This document shows positions 20,179 to 30,706 of a DNA stretch of 64,000 nt, piece by piece. The notes below the pieces were generated by a model. The model was not told where the DNA came from. It saw only the letters and a list, made by a program, of their open reading frames with translations, and made no database searches. The position numbers were made by a program, and so were the translations under genes. This DNA comes from Bacillota bacterium (GTDB taxonomy: Bacteria; Bacillota; Sulfobacillia; JAJZYS01; JAILZS01): positions 2,659 to 66,658 of the forward strand of contig JAILZS010000002.1 in the NCBI GenBank assembly GCA_023512375.1, read 5' to 3'. The stretch's first letter is position 1; each line of letters begins with the position of its first letter.

Positions 20179-20904
20179 TTGCGTCCCGGGGGCCCGGGAC
20201 CGGTCCGCTCCCCGGCGTGGGCCGCCGACCCCGCCCTGGCGCCGATCGATGCGGACGCCCTGGCGCGCGACCCGGCCGATGTGGCGCCGGACCTCCTGGG
20301 CCGCTACCTGATCCGCCTCGTGGGGGGGGAGACCATGGCCGTGCGCCTGGTCGAGGTGGAGGCCTACCGCGGCCCCCTCGACCCGGGCTCGCACGCCTAC
20401 CGCGGGCCCACCGCCCGAAACCGGGTCATGTTCGGGCCGGTGGGGCGCGCCTACGTCTACTTTACCTATGGCAACCACCACATGCTCAACGTCGTCTGCC
20501 ACCCGCCGGGCATGCCCGGCGCCGTGCTCCTTCGGGGGGCCGAGCCGGTGTGGGGGGTCGAGGCCATGGCCCGCCTGCGCCGCTCCGGCCGGCGGGTGGC
20601 GGCGGCGCCCGCCGCCGGCCCGGATGCGGTGGCACGGGCGCGGTTCGTGCGCTGGCTGTTGGCCGGCCCGGCGCGGCTCGCCGCGGCGTTGGGGGTGGAC
20701 GGCGCCGACTACGGGCGGGAGATGGTCGCACCCTGGCCCGAAGGGTGCGAGCGCGCCTTCCTCCTCACCCGGGGCGAGCCGCCGGCGCCGTCGCGCATCG
20801 CCACCAGCGGCCGCATCGGCCTGAGCCGGGGGGCGGAGCTCCGGCTGCGCTTCTACCTGCCCGACAGCCCCGGCGTCTCCCCCGCCCGCCCGACCCACCC
20901 CTAG
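20179..20904 (+). CDS. DNA-3-methyladenine glycosylase (Mpg/AAG family)
   Basis: MPG family core (GRYLIRLVGGETMAVRLVEVEAYRGPLDPGSHAYRGPTARNRVMFGPVGRAYVYFTYGNHHMLNVV). The start was placed at the first in-frame TTG after the convergent OYE gene start; exact start uncertain. Confidence 0.65.
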   Translation: MRPGGPGPVRSPAWAADPALAPIDADALARDPADVAPDLLGRYLIRLVGGETMAVRLVEVEAYRGPLDPGSHAYRGPTARNRVMFGPVGRAYVYFTYGNHHMLNVVCHPPGMPGAVLLRGAEPVWGVEAMARLRRSGRRVAAAPAAGPDAVARARFVRWLLAGPARLAAALGVDGADYGREMVAPWPEGCERAFLLTRGEPPAPSRIATSGRIGLSRGAELRLRFYLPDSPGVSPARPTHP

Positions 20905-20995
20905 GGCCCGGCAGGGAACGGATGGTGGGCGCGGCGAACGTCGCCCGCGGGGGGATGGCGATGGGAGCGGCGCCGGGCAAGGGCCGGACAAGGGC

Positions 20996-23794
20996 GTGAG
21001 CGCCCGCCTGACGGCGGGCCCTGCGGGGCGCGTCGCCTCCCGCCTGGCGGAACACCTGGCGGCCGAGGCGCGGCGCTCCCCCTGGCGCCGCCACACGGTG
21101 ATCGTGCCGGGGGCCAGGGCGGCGGAGGTCCTCGCCTTGCGCGTGGCCGAGGCGGGAGGCGCCTTCGGCCTCTCCCTTCTCGCCCTGCCCGCCCTCGCCC
21201 GCCGCCTCCTCATGCCCGAGCCGCCCGAACCCCTGGGGCGGGCCGCCGCGCTCCTCCTCATGCGGCAGGCGGCGCGGGAGGCGGGTCTGGAGGCGGGTCA
21301 GGGCGCCCGCGCCCTCTTGGCCGTGCGTCGGCTCCTGGCCGAGCTGGGGGTGGAACCCGCCCAGCTGGCCGACGCCCTGCCTTCCGCCCAGCAGCGTGCG
21401 CTTGAGCGTTTCGATCTCCTTCGCCGTCCCCGTCCCCTGGAGCCGGAGGTGGTATGGGCCGCCGCCCGCCGCCTGGAGGCAGGGGAAGCATCGCCCCCCG
21501 ACCATCTGGACATGTGGGGGTTCCTGGCCCTTACGCCCGCCGAGGCGGCGCTGGTGGCGGCGCTCGCCGCCCACGCCGACGTCGCCGCCTACCTGTCGGC
21601 GCCGGCCCCGGGCGGCGGAGCGGGGGCGGGCCGCGCCCGCCTTCTGGCGGCGCTGGGCGCGGCGGAGGCGGCGGTGGCCGCGGACGAACTCGCCCCCGTC
21701 CAGCTCCTGCCCGCCGCCAACCCGGCCGCCGAGGCGGACGCGGCCGCCCGCCTCCTGGCCGGGTGGGCGGCCGACGACCTAACGCCCCACCGTCTGGCCG
21801 CCGTGGGTCCCCGCCCCTCGCTCGAGCGGGTGGCGGAGCGCCTCGAGCACCTGGGCCTGGCGGTGCGCCTGGTCCCCGGCCCCCTGCGGGCCCGCCCGCC
21901 GGGCACCCTGCTCACCCGCCTGGTGAAGGTGTGGGCGGAGGACCGCCCCGACGACCTTGCCGCCCTCCTGGCGGGCCCGTGGGCGCCGGCCGAGGCGGCG
22001 GGCGCCGCCGCCCTGGCGCGCCGCGTGGAAGGCATGGGCGGGACGTCGGCGCGCGGCCGCCTGCGCGCGGTGTGGCGGCGGGAGGAGGAAGGCGAGGGCG
22101 AGGGCGACGGCGCGGGCGAGGCGGCGATCCTCCTCCTGCACCACCTCGAGCGTCTGGACGCGGCCCGCACATGGGGCGAGCGCGCCCAGGTCCTGGCCGA
22201 CGCCCTGGACGACCTTGGGGCCGACGCCGGCCCGGATCCGGATGCGCAGGCGGTGCACGCCGCCCTCTTGCGCCTGGCGGCCCTGGACGCCCTCCCCGCG
22301 CGTCTTGCCGAGCCGGCCGACGTCGCGGACGCGTTGGGCGAGGAGCTCTCCCACACCGCCCCCCCACCCCGCCTGGAGGCAGCGCCGGTGGAACTCCTCA
22401 CCTGGGAGGAGGCGGGGGCGCTGGCCGCCGACGGCGTCGTCCTCCTGGGGGTGGCGGCGGAGGACGTGGGGGCGCCGCAGGCGGCGGGCGAGGTCCTGCC
22501 GGAGGAGGCGCGCCGGAAGCTCGCCCACCTGGGACGGGAGGCGGACGGGCCCGACGAGACGCCGCAGCGCCGCCTCGCGGCCGCCGCCGTGGCGCGGGCC
22601 GGCGCCGGGCGCGTGGGCGCCGCCTACGTCGCCCAGGGGCGGACGGGGGAGCGGCCCCCCGCCGCCCTTCTCGCGCCCTACCGGGTCGCCGCCATGCCCG
22701 ACCTCCCCCTGGACGCCCTGGACAGCCGGGCCCGGCTGTTCGCCCGCGCTCGGGCGGGGGAGGAGGCCCTCGTCGCCCTGGCCGCCGGCGCCGCGCCGCC
22801 GGCGGGGGCGGCGCGCTGGCTCATGGCCGCGCGCTTCCCCGGCGCCACCGAGTACGACGGCCAGGTGCCGCCGCCGCGTTGGCGCGAGAGCCCCGGCGGC
22901 TGGTCGCCCACGGTACTCGAGGGCTATGCCACCTGCCCGTATACGGACTTCGCCGGCCGCATCCTCGGTCTGGACGGGGGGCGCCCGCCCGGCGCCCTCG
23001 ACGACGTGGAGGCCGCCCCCGACGTCGCCGGCCGCCTCGCCCACGCCGCCCTGGAGGCGCTGCGGCGGCGGGCGCGCTCCGAGGGGCAGGAGCCCCTCAC
23101 CGCCGCCCACCTGGGCTGGGCGCGGGACGTGCTGGCGGAGGCCTTGGAGCAGGCCTTCGCCCAGGAGGCCCAAGGCCCCCTGGGACCGGTGCAGCGCCAG
23201 GTGCTCCTGGCCGACCTGGCGCACGCCGTGGCCCTCGACGTGCGCCTGGGGGACCTCGAGACGTGGGACACCGAGTGGCGCTTCGGCCCGGACGGTGCGG
23301 CCTCCCTCGTGCTGACGGGGGAGGACGGGGAGCGCTACCCCGTGCGCGGCCGGGTGGACCGACTGGCGGCCGCGCCCGGAGGCGAGCTGTGGGTGATCGA
23401 CTACAAGGCCGGCCGCTCCCTCCCCCGCGCCGCCGTGGCCCCCGACGCCCTGCAGCTGCCGCTGTACATGCTGGCGGTTGCCGAAGCCTTCCACCGCGAT
23501 CTCCGGAGGATGCGGGGGGCGTACGTCTCCGTGAGCGCGGGCGGCGGCTTCGTCCGCCGCGTCCTCGACGGCGCCGAACTGGAGCGCGAGCTTCCCGCCC
23601 TCCGGGCCGCCGTCGCCGCCGCCGTGGCCGGCATGCGCGCGGGCGACTTCCGCCCCCGTCCGGACGGCGGCCGCAACTGTCGCTTCTGCCGCTTTCGGCC
23701 GCTGTGCCCTCCTGACGTGGCCGAGCGAGCCGCCCGCAAGGGATGGGACGAAACGGGGGACGGGACCGCTCCCGGGAAGGAGGAGGAGCCGTGA
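20996..23794 (+). CDS. addB: AddB-like helicase/nuclease subunit (inactive helicase fold plus PD-(D/E)XK nuclease with Fe-S cysteines)
   Basis: 932 aa; the C-terminal RecB-type nuclease has VIDYKAGRS...LQLPLYMLAV followed by CRFCRFRPLC (Fe-S cluster cysteines). It lies immediately upstream of and coupled to an AddA-like gene. Confidence 0.65.
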   Translation: MSARLTAGPAGRVASRLAEHLAAEARRSPWRRHTVIVPGARAAEVLALRVAEAGGAFGLSLLALPALARRLLMPEPPEPLGRAAALLLMRQAAREAGLEAGQGARALLAVRRLLAELGVEPAQLADALPSAQQRALERFDLLRRPRPLEPEVVWAAARRLEAGEASPPDHLDMWGFLALTPAEAALVAALAAHADVAAYLSAPAPGGGAGAGRARLLAALGAAEAAVAADELAPVQLLPAANPAAEADAAARLLAGWAADDLTPHRLAAVGPRPSLERVAERLEHLGLAVRLVPGPLRARPPGTLLTRLVKVWAEDRPDDLAALLAGPWAPAEAAGAAALARRVEGMGGTSARGRLRAVWRREEEGEGEGDGAGEAAILLLHHLERLDAARTWGERAQVLADALDDLGADAGPDPDAQAVHAALLRLAALDALPARLAEPADVADALGEELSHTAPPPRLEAAPVELLTWEEAGALAADGVVLLGVAAEDVGAPQAAGEVLPEEARRKLAHLGREADGPDETPQRRLAAAAVARAGAGRVGAAYVAQGRTGERPPAALLAPYRVAAMPDLPLDALDSRARLFARARAGEEALVALAAGAAPPAGAARWLMAARFPGATEYDGQVPPPRWRESPGGWSPTVLEGYATCPYTDFAGRILGLDGGRPPGALDDVEAAPDVAGRLAHAALEALRRRARSEGQEPLTAAHLGWARDVLAEALEQAFAQEAQGPLGPVQRQVLLADLAHAVALDVRLGDLETWDTEWRFGPDGAASLVLTGEDGERYPVRGRVDRLAAAPGGELWVIDYKAGRSLPRAAVAPDALQLPLYMLAVAEAFHRDLRRMRGAYVSVSAGGGFVRRVLDGAELERELPALRAAVAAAVAGMRAGDFRPRPDGGRNCRFCRFRPLCPPDVAERAARKGWDETGDGTAPGKEEEP

Positions 23795-26700
23795 CGGGGG
23801 AAGGGGGCGAAGGCTTGGACCGGGCGGCGCGGGAGGCGGTGCGCATGCGCATCGCCGACGCCATCTCCCTCGAGGCAGGGGCCGGCACGGGCAAGACCAC
23901 CGCCCTGGTGGAGCGCGTCCTCGCCCTGTTGGCGGCCGGCGTCCCCCTTACGTCGCTGGCCGTGGTCACCTTCCTGCGCGCCGCGGGCGAGGAGCTCAGG
24001 GTGCGCCTGCGCGAGCGCCTGGGGGGCAGGGAGGAGGCCTGGGCCTGGCGCGCCCTCGCCGACCTCGCGGCCGCCCCGGTCGGCACCCTGCACTCGCTCG
24101 CCCAGCGCCTCCTCGCCCAGGAAGGATGGGCGGGGGGATGGGATCCCGCCACCCGCGTCCTCGAGGAGGACGAGGCGGAAGAGCTGAGCCGGACGCACTT
24201 CCGCCGCTGGCTCGAGGAGGCGGCGCGCGACAGCGCGCCCCTGGCGGCCGCCCGCCGCCTGGGCGCCGCCCTCTCCGCCCCCACCCTTTGGCGCCTGGCC
24301 GTATCGTTACCGCCCGACGCCGTCCTGCCGCCGCCCCCGCCCCCCCTCTCCCTGGCCCCCCTCGCCCCCTTCGAAGCCTCGCTGGCGTCGGCGGAGGAGA
24401 CGTTCGCCCGCGTGCGCTCGGCCTGCCGGGACGGGACGGACGCCGCCCTCAAGGCGGGCGAAGAGCTCGGGCACGCGCGGGCGGAGCTCGCCTCCTGGGA
24501 GGGGGAGGAGCGCCTGTTCGCCGCCCTGCGCCTCGCCCTGCCCTCGCCCCGCGCCGGGCGGCGAGACCGCTGGTCCCCCCCCTCCGCCCTGGACGAGCTG
24601 CGGGCGGCCCTGTCGGCGGCGCAGGAGAGCCAGCGCCGCCTCTCCCGCGCCGTGGGGGAACGGGTGGCGTACGACCTCCTCGCTTGGCTTCTCCCCTTCG
24701 CCGCCCACGCCGAGGCGGAGCGGAGGCGGTCGGGGGTGGCCGACTTCGACGACCTCATCCGCCGCGCCGTCTCCCTCCTGGCCGGCGACGGCGCCGTCCG
24801 GGCGCGCGCCCGGGCCCGCATCCGGGCGGTGCTGGTGGACGAGTTCCAGGACACCGACCCCCGCCAGGTGGAACTCCTCACCCTGCTGGCGGGGCGGCCC
24901 GACGACCCGCCCGACCAGGGGGTGGCGCGGCTGTTCGCGGTCGGCGACCCCAAGCAGTCGATCTACCGTTTCCGGGGCGCCGACGTCGCCACCTACCTGC
25001 GGGTGCGCGAGGCCTTCCCGCCCTCGGGGCGCCTCGCCATCACCCGCAACTTCCGCGCCCGGCCCGCCCTCGTGGAGACGGCCAACCGAGTGATGGCGCC
25101 CCTGTTCGCCTCCGGCCCCATCCCCTACCTGGCCCTCGAGGGGGGACGGGAGGGGGAGGGCCCGCCGCCGGTCCAGCTTCTTCTGCCGCCGGACGAGGCG
25201 CCGCCCCCGGCGGGCATGGCCGAGCTGCGCCGGCGGGAGGCGGACCTCGTCGCGTCGCATGTGCGCGCCGCCCTGGACGCCCCCTGGCGGGTGGACGGCC
25301 GGCCCCTCGCCCCGGGAGACATCGCCCTCCTCTTCCCCCGCCGCACCGCCTACGGCACCTACACCGCCGCCCTCGAACGGGCGGGCGTGCCGTACGCGGC
25401 CGGCCGGGACCGCGGCCTGTGGCGGCGGCGCGCCGCCCGCGACGCCGTCCTCCTGCTGAGGGCTTGCGCCCGGCCGCGCGACGCAGACGCCGTGGCCGCC
25501 GCCCTGCACTCCTCCCTGGTGGGCGTGAGCGATGCGGAAATGGCCGCCTTTGTCCGCCTCGGCGGGCGCTTCGACCTCGCCATAGCCCCTCCCCCCGGCT
25601 CGCCCCCGCTGTTGGTCCGGGCCATGGCCGCTCTCGGGGAGGCGGCTTTCGCCCGCCACCTCCCCCCGGCGCGGCGCCTGGCCGCCCTGTTCGACGCCTT
25701 GGACGTGGCCACGGCGGCCGGCCTGGAGGAGGGCGAGGCGGGGGTGCGCGCCGTCATGCGCGTCCTGGAGACGGTCCGCGCCCTTCAGGCGCGGGCGGGC
25801 GACGGGGAGCCGGCGTCCCTGGACCGCGTGGCCGACGCCCTGGCCGCCGTGGGCTGGGAGGGGGAGGAGGGCGACCTGCCCGACCCGGCGGAGGGGGCGG
25901 AGCCGACGCCGCCTGGCGGGCGCGTCCGGCTCATGACCGTCCACGAGGCCAAGGGCAACGAGTTCGCGGTCGTGGTCCTGTGCGACCTGTGGTCGCCGCC
26001 GCCGCCCCCGCGCGGGCCCCGCGTCCTCCTCCGCCCCGAGGACCGCCTGGCCGCCCTCTCCCTGGGCGCGCGCGGCCCGTTCAGCCCGGGGGCGGAGGAA
26101 CTCGCGGCGGTCGACGGGGAGCGGCAGGCGGAGGAGCGCGTACGCCTCCTCTACGTGGCCCTGACCCGCGCCCGCTCCGCCCTCGTCCTGCCCGACGGCC
26201 GCGCTTCGCGCCCGGACGGGCGGGGGAGGGGGAAGGCGGACGAGAGCATGGGCGGCCTCATCCTGCGGGCGGCGGACGGAAAGGGGGACGACCCCGCCCC
26301 CTCCCTGGCCGACGCCCTCGTCCGCCTGGGCGTCCCCGTCGCCCTCTTCCGCCCCCGGCCGGTCGCGCCCGTGGTCCTTCCCCCTCTGCCCGCCGCCGAC
26401 CTCACCGCCCCCCCGCGGGACCTGGCCGCTCTGCGCGCCCGCCTCGCCCGGCGCGCCCTGCCGCTCCTACGCCCGTCGGAGGCCGCACCGGCGGCCGAGG
26501 CCGGGACCGCCGCGGGCGGCGGGCGGGAACGCGAGGCGGCCGCCCGCCTGGGGCGGGCGGTGCATGCGGTGGTAGCCTCCGCCCTGGCCGCCGCGGGCGG
26601 GACGGAGGACCTGTCCGCGCGGGCGGCGCGGGAGGCGGCCCAGGCCGGCCTTGGGGCGGCCGAGGTGGAGGCGCTGGCCCGCGCCGCCCTCTTCCACCCC

Positions 26701-27054
26701 CTGGTGCGGCGCGCCGCCGCCGCCCCCATGCGGGCCGTGGAGGCGGACGCCGTCGCCCGCCTGGCGGACGGGAGCGTGGTGCTGGGGCGCGTGGACCTCG
26801 TGTTCGACGACGGCGAGGGGCCGATCCTCGTCGACCTGAAGACCGACCGCCTCCCCGCCCCGGACGCTGCCTCCGCCGCCCGCCACGGCGAGCGGTACGG
26901 TTACGACGCCCAGCTCAGGCTCTACGCCGCCGCCCTGGCCGAGGCGGGCCTGCCCGCGCCTTACGCCGCCTACGTCCTCTACGTGCGCCACGGCCTGGCC
27001 GTACCCGTGCCGCTCGCGCCTGCGGCGGGCGAGGCCCGCACCCCCTCCGCCTGA
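23791..27054 (+). CDS. addA: AddA-like UvrD-family helicase with C-terminal RecB-type nuclease
   Basis: Walker A ISLEAGAGTGKTTAL, UvrD motifs (TFLRAAGEEL, LVDEFQDTDPRQ, FAVGDPKQSIYRFRGADV, MTVHEAKGNEFAVVVL), and a C-terminal PD-(D/E)XK (VDLVFDDGEGPILVDLKTD...YDAQLRLYAAAL). The GTG start overlaps the addB TGA. Confidence 0.7.
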   Translation: MTGEGGEGLDRAAREAVRMRIADAISLEAGAGTGKTTALVERVLALLAAGVPLTSLAVVTFLRAAGEELRVRLRERLGGREEAWAWRALADLAAAPVGTLHSLAQRLLAQEGWAGGWDPATRVLEEDEAEELSRTHFRRWLEEAARDSAPLAAARRLGAALSAPTLWRLAVSLPPDAVLPPPPPPLSLAPLAPFEASLASAEETFARVRSACRDGTDAALKAGEELGHARAELASWEGEERLFAALRLALPSPRAGRRDRWSPPSALDELRAALSAAQESQRRLSRAVGERVAYDLLAWLLPFAAHAEAERRRSGVADFDDLIRRAVSLLAGDGAVRARARARIRAVLVDEFQDTDPRQVELLTLLAGRPDDPPDQGVARLFAVGDPKQSIYRFRGADVATYLRVREAFPPSGRLAITRNFRARPALVETANRVMAPLFASGPIPYLALEGGREGEGPPPVQLLLPPDEAPPPAGMAELRRREADLVASHVRAALDAPWRVDGRPLAPGDIALLFPRRTAYGTYTAALERAGVPYAAGRDRGLWRRRAARDAVLLLRACARPRDADAVAAALHSSLVGVSDAEMAAFVRLGGRFDLAIAPPPGSPPLLVRAMAALGEAAFARHLPPARRLAALFDALDVATAAGLEEGEAGVRAVMRVLETVRALQARAGDGEPASLDRVADALAAVGWEGEEGDLPDPAEGAEPTPPGGRVRLMTVHEAKGNEFAVVVLCDLWSPPPPPRGPRVLLRPEDRLAALSLGARGPFSPGAEELAAVDGERQAEERVRLLYVALTRARSALVLPDGRASRPDGRGRGKADESMGGLILRAADGKGDDPAPSLADALVRLGVPVALFRPRPVAPVVLPPLPAADLTAPPRDLAALRARLARRALPLLRPSEAAPAAEAGTAAGGGREREAAARLGRAVHAVVASALAAAGGTEDLSARAAREAAQAGLGAAEVEALARAALFHPLVRRAAAAPMRAVEADAVARLADGSVVLGRVDLVFDDGEGPILVDLKTDRLPAPDAASAARHGERYGYDAQLRLYAAALAEAGLPAPYAAYVLYVRHGLAVPVPLAPAAGEARTPSA

Positions 27055-27160
27055 GCGCACCTCTCGCCCTGCCGGGCATAGGCTCTGCCCCGGGGCGGCC
27101 GCCGGTCGGCCGCCCGAACATCCGCGGCCGAGCCGCGATCGGACACGGAGGACGCCGACC

Positions 27161-29008
27161 ATGTGCGGAATCGCCGGCTTCGTCGATCCCAACCGCCGGG
27201 AGGAGGAGATGCACCCCCTGCTCGAGGCCATGTCCCGCACCCTGGCCTGCCGCGGGCCGGACGGCGCCGGGCGGTGGGTGGGCGCGCCCGCAGGCCACGC
27301 CCACCGCCGCCTGGTGGTCGTCGACCCCGAGGGGGGAGCCCAGCCCATGACCCTCACCTGGGGCGGGCGCACGTACGTGATCAACTACAACGGAGAACTG
27401 TACAACACCGAGGAGCTCCGGCGCGAGCTTTTCGCCCGCGGCCACCGTTTCCGCGGCCACAGCGACACGGAGGTGCTCCTGCACGCCTACGCCCAGTGGG
27501 GGGCGGGTTGCCTGGGGCGGGTCAACGGTATCTTCGCCTTCGCCGTCTGGTGCCCGGACGACCAAAGCCTCTTCCTCGCCCGCGACCGCCTGGGCGTCAA
27601 GCCCCTCTTCTACGCCGAGCGCGGCGGGGCGCTCGTCTACGCCTCGGAGATGAAGGCGCTCCTGGCCCATCCGCTCGTGCCGCCGGAGGTGGACGCCGAG
27701 GGCCTGGCGGAGGTGCTCGCCATGGGGCCGGCGCGCACCCCCGGCCACGGGATCTTCCGCGCCGTACGGGAGCTGCGCCCGGGCTGGGCGCTGAGGGCCA
27801 CGCCGGAGGGGGTGCGGCGTTGGCGCTACTGGGCCCTGGAGAGCCGCCCCCACCTCGACGATCTGGCCACCACCGCCGAACGCGTGCGCTGGCTTCTACG
27901 CGACAGCGTGGAGCGCCAGCTCGTGTCCGACGTGCCGGTGTGCACCCTCTTGTCCGGAGGCCTGGACTCCAGCGCCGTCACCGCCTTCGCCGCCGCCCGC
28001 TTCTCCCGCGCCGGGCGGGAGCCCCTGTGCACGTACTCGGTCGACTTCGCGGACATGGACCGCTACTTCCGGCCGGGCGACTTCCAGACCGGCCGGGACG
28101 CCCCGTGGGTGGAGCGCATGTCCCGCCACCTGGGCACCTGCCACCACCGGGTGGAGCTGGACACGCCGGAGCTGGTGGACGCGTTGGAACGGTCGCTCGT
28201 GGCCCGCGACCATCCGGGCATGGCGGACGTGGACACCTCCCTCCTCCTGTTCGCCCGCCGCATCAAGGAGGACGCCACCGTGGCCCTGAGCGGCGAGGCG
28301 GCGGACGAGATCTTCGGCGGCTATCCCTGGTGCCATCGCCCCGACGCCCTCGCCGCCGACACCTTCCCCTGGGCGCTGCGCCTCGCCGACCGGGTGCGTC
28401 TCATCGCCCCGGAGGTGAAGGCCGCCATCCGTCCCGAGGCGTACGTGGCCGACCGCTACCGCGAGGCCCTGGCCGAGGTTCCCCGCCTGCCGGGGGAGGA
28501 ACCGGCGGAGGCGCGCCTGCGCGAGGTCCTCTACCTGAACATCACCCGCTTCCTCCCCACCCTGCTCGACCGCAAGGACCGCATGACCATGGCCGTGGGG
28601 CTGGAGGTGCGGGTCCCCTTCTGCGACCACCGCCTGGTCGAGTACGTGTGGAACATCCCCTGGTGGATGAAGCGGTATGGCGGTGTGGCCAAGGGCATCC
28701 TGCGCCTCGCCCTGACCGACGTCCTTCCGGCCGACGTGGTGGCCCGGCGCAAGAGCCCCTATCCCTCCACGCACAACCCCGCCTACGGGCTCGCCTTGCG
28801 GGAACGTCTGCGCGCCGTCCTCGCCGACCCCCTCTCGCCCCTCGGGCCGCTCCTCGACCGGCAGGCGGTGGAGGACCTTATGGCCGTGGACCTGGACACG
28901 ACGGCGCTGCCGTGGTTCGGTCAGCTCATGGGGGTGGCGCAGATGTACGCCTACCTCCTGCAGACCGACGCCTGGCTGCGCCGCTACCGGGTGCGCATCG
29001 CCGCCTGA
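27161..29008 (+). CDS. asnB: Asparagine synthase (glutamine-hydrolysing)
   Basis: An N-terminal MCGIAGF class-II amidotransferase nucleophile plus the AsnB synthetase domain (LLSGGLDSSAVTAF). RBS GGAGGACGCCGACC ATG. Confidence 0.85.
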   Translation: MCGIAGFVDPNRREEEMHPLLEAMSRTLACRGPDGAGRWVGAPAGHAHRRLVVVDPEGGAQPMTLTWGGRTYVINYNGELYNTEELRRELFARGHRFRGHSDTEVLLHAYAQWGAGCLGRVNGIFAFAVWCPDDQSLFLARDRLGVKPLFYAERGGALVYASEMKALLAHPLVPPEVDAEGLAEVLAMGPARTPGHGIFRAVRELRPGWALRATPEGVRRWRYWALESRPHLDDLATTAERVRWLLRDSVERQLVSDVPVCTLLSGGLDSSAVTAFAAARFSRAGREPLCTYSVDFADMDRYFRPGDFQTGRDAPWVERMSRHLGTCHHRVELDTPELVDALERSLVARDHPGMADVDTSLLLFARRIKEDATVALSGEAADEIFGGYPWCHRPDALAADTFPWALRLADRVRLIAPEVKAAIRPEAYVADRYREALAEVPRLPGEEPAEARLREVLYLNITRFLPTLLDRKDRMTMAVGLEVRVPFCDHRLVEYVWNIPWWMKRYGGVAKGILRLALTDVLPADVVARRKSPYPSTHNPAYGLALRERLRAVLADPLSPLGPLLDRQAVEDLMAVDLDTTALPWFGQLMGVAQMYAYLLQTDAWLRRYRVRIAA

Positions 29009-29132
29009 CGCGGGCGCGCACCCCGCAGGCAAGGGCGTCGTCGCAGCCACGCCCCGTCACGCGCGGTGCAGGGGTTCCTCGCCGCCTGCAGCAAGGGCGC
29101 GGACGATCCCCACCCCTGTCGTTCACCGGCAA

Positions 29133-29154
29133 AGGCGGCGGCCATCGCCGCCGC
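29133..29154. terminator. Perfect GC hairpin (GGCGGCGGC-CATC-GCCGCCGCC) between convergent asnB and hsp20; candidate bidirectional terminator
   Basis: A 9-bp perfect inverted repeat seen directly. There is no U-tract, so function is inferred only. Confidence 0.3.
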
Positions 29155-29229
29155 CGCCCCTGCGCCGCGCGGCGGGCGCCGCGACCGCCGCCCTTCCCGC
29201 CCAGGCACCGCGGGGCGGTGACCTGGCGC

Positions 29230-29676
29230 TCAGGTGACGGCGATGCGACGCGAGCGCTCCGCCCCCACCTTGGGAAGGCGCAGGCGGAGCACGCCGTCCT
29301 CTAGGTTGGCCTGGGCGCGCTCGGCGTCGGCCTCCCCGGGGAGGAGGATCTCGTATTCGAAACGGCCATAGGCGGCGGCGCGGCGGTGCACCACCCCGGT
29401 GCGCTCGCGTTCCTGCCGCTCGGCCCGTACGCGCAGGCGGCGGCCCGTGAGCTCCACCGCCACGTCGCCCTTCTTCACCCCCGGCAGCTCGACCTCCAGG
29501 AGGTAGGCGTCGTCCGTCTCCTCCAGGTCGGCGGCGGACAGGCCGTCGCGCCACACCGTCCCGTCCCACCCCTGCACCAGGGAGGACATCTCGCGCGCCA
29601 GGCGCTGCATCTCCGACCACGGCTCCCACACCGGCGCCGCCACAGCAGGCGTACGGCGCACCGGCACCTCGGCCAT
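29230..29676 (-). CDS. Hsp20/alpha-crystallin family small heat-shock protein
   Basis: Alpha-crystallin domain (DLEETDDAYLLEVELPGVKKGDVAVELTGRRLRVRAE...GRFEYEILLPGEADAERAQANLEDGVLRLRLPK). The start was set to the second ATG behind AGGAGGGG. Confidence 0.8.
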   Translation of the reverse strand: MAEVPVRRTPAVAAPVWEPWSEMQRLAREMSSLVQGWDGTVWRDGLSAADLEETDDAYLLEVELPGVKKGDVAVELTGRRLRVRAERQERERTGVVHRRAAAYGRFEYEILLPGEADAERAQANLEDGVLRLRLPKVGAERSRRIAVT

Positions 29677-29755
29677 CGGGACCCCTCCTGTCACCGTGCG
29701 TTCGGCCACAGGATTCCCGTTTGCGCCCGAGAGCCTACGCCGTCGTCCCGCCCGT

Positions 29756-30703
29756 CTAGGCCGCCCCGAGGGCGCGGGCGAGAAGCGCCATGCGGATGGG
29801 CACGCCGTTGCGCGCCTGTTCGAAATAGACGGCGCGCGGATCGGCGTCCACCGCCTCCGGCAGCTCGCCCAGGCGCGGCAGGGGATGGAGGATCCACGCC
29901 CGCGGCGACAGGCGGGCCAGGGCGTCGGCGTCGAGGGCGAAGCGCCCCTGGGCGCGGGCGTACAGCTCCGGGCTGGGAAAGCGCTCCTTCTGCACCCGCG
30001 TCATGTACAGCACGTCGCAGTCCGCGATGGCCGCACCGAAGTCCTCGCTCTCCACCACGGTGGCGCCGCGCGCGCGCAGCTCGGCCACGAGGGCGGCGGG
30101 GGCGCGAGCTACGTCCGGGGCCACGAAGGTGATGGTCTGTCCCGGGTAGTTGGCGAGCAGGAGACTCAAGGAGTGGGCGGTGCGGCCGTAAGCCATGTCG
30201 CCCACGAGCGCCACCCGCAGGTGGTCGAGGCGCCCGGTGCGGCGCACGATGGTGTAGGCGTCCAAGAGGGCCTGCGTGGGATGCTCGCCCGGGCCGTCAC
30301 CCGCGTTGAGCACCGGCACGTCGGCGGCCGCCGCCGCCAGCCGGGCCGCGCCCGCCTCGTGGTGGCGCAGGACGATGACGTCCGCGTAGCCGCTTACGAT
30401 GCGCACCGTGTCGGCGAGGCTCTCCCCCTTGACCGCGGACGACATGCTGGCGGCGTTCTCCGTCGACACCACCTGGCCGCCCAGGCGCAGCATGGCGGCC
30501 TCGAAGGAGAGGCGGGTGCGGGTGGAGGGCTCGTAGAAGAGCGTGGCCATGATGCGGCCGCGGGCCAGCGCCCCCACCCCCTCCGCCCCCGCCCCCATGC
30601 GGTCGGCGAGGGCGAACAGCTCCGCCACCCGGAGGGGATCGAACTGGCGGATGGAGACCACGGAGGTGCCCTTCCCCCAAGGCGTCACGGGATCGCTCGT
30701 CAA
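29756..30703 (-). CDS. pyrB: Aspartate carbamoyltransferase catalytic subunit
   Basis: LFYEPSTRTRLSFEAAM (carbamoyl-phosphate binding), EHPTQALLD, and HPLPR, at 315 aa. ATCase-type rather than OTCase-type motifs; isolated from other pyr genes. Confidence 0.7.
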   Translation of the reverse strand: MTSDPVTPWGKGTSVVSIRQFDPLRVAELFALADRMGAGAEGVGALARGRIMATLFYEPSTRTRLSFEAAMLRLGGQVVSTENAASMSSAVKGESLADTVRIVSGYADVIVLRHHEAGAARLAAAAADVPVLNAGDGPGEHPTQALLDAYTIVRRTGRLDHLRVALVGDMAYGRTAHSLSLLLANYPGQTITFVAPDVARAPAALVAELRARGATVVESEDFGAAIADCDVLYMTRVQKERFPSPELYARAQGRFALDADALARLSPRAWILHPLPRLGELPEAVDADPRAVYFEQARNGVPIRMALLARALGAA

Positions 30704-30706
30704 CCC

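Noticed and set aside
29677-29760. Possible CIRCE/HrcA operator upstream of hsp20.
   Set aside because: No TTAGCACTC-N9-GAGTGCTAA-like inverted repeat is present in the 80 bp upstream of the hsp20 start.
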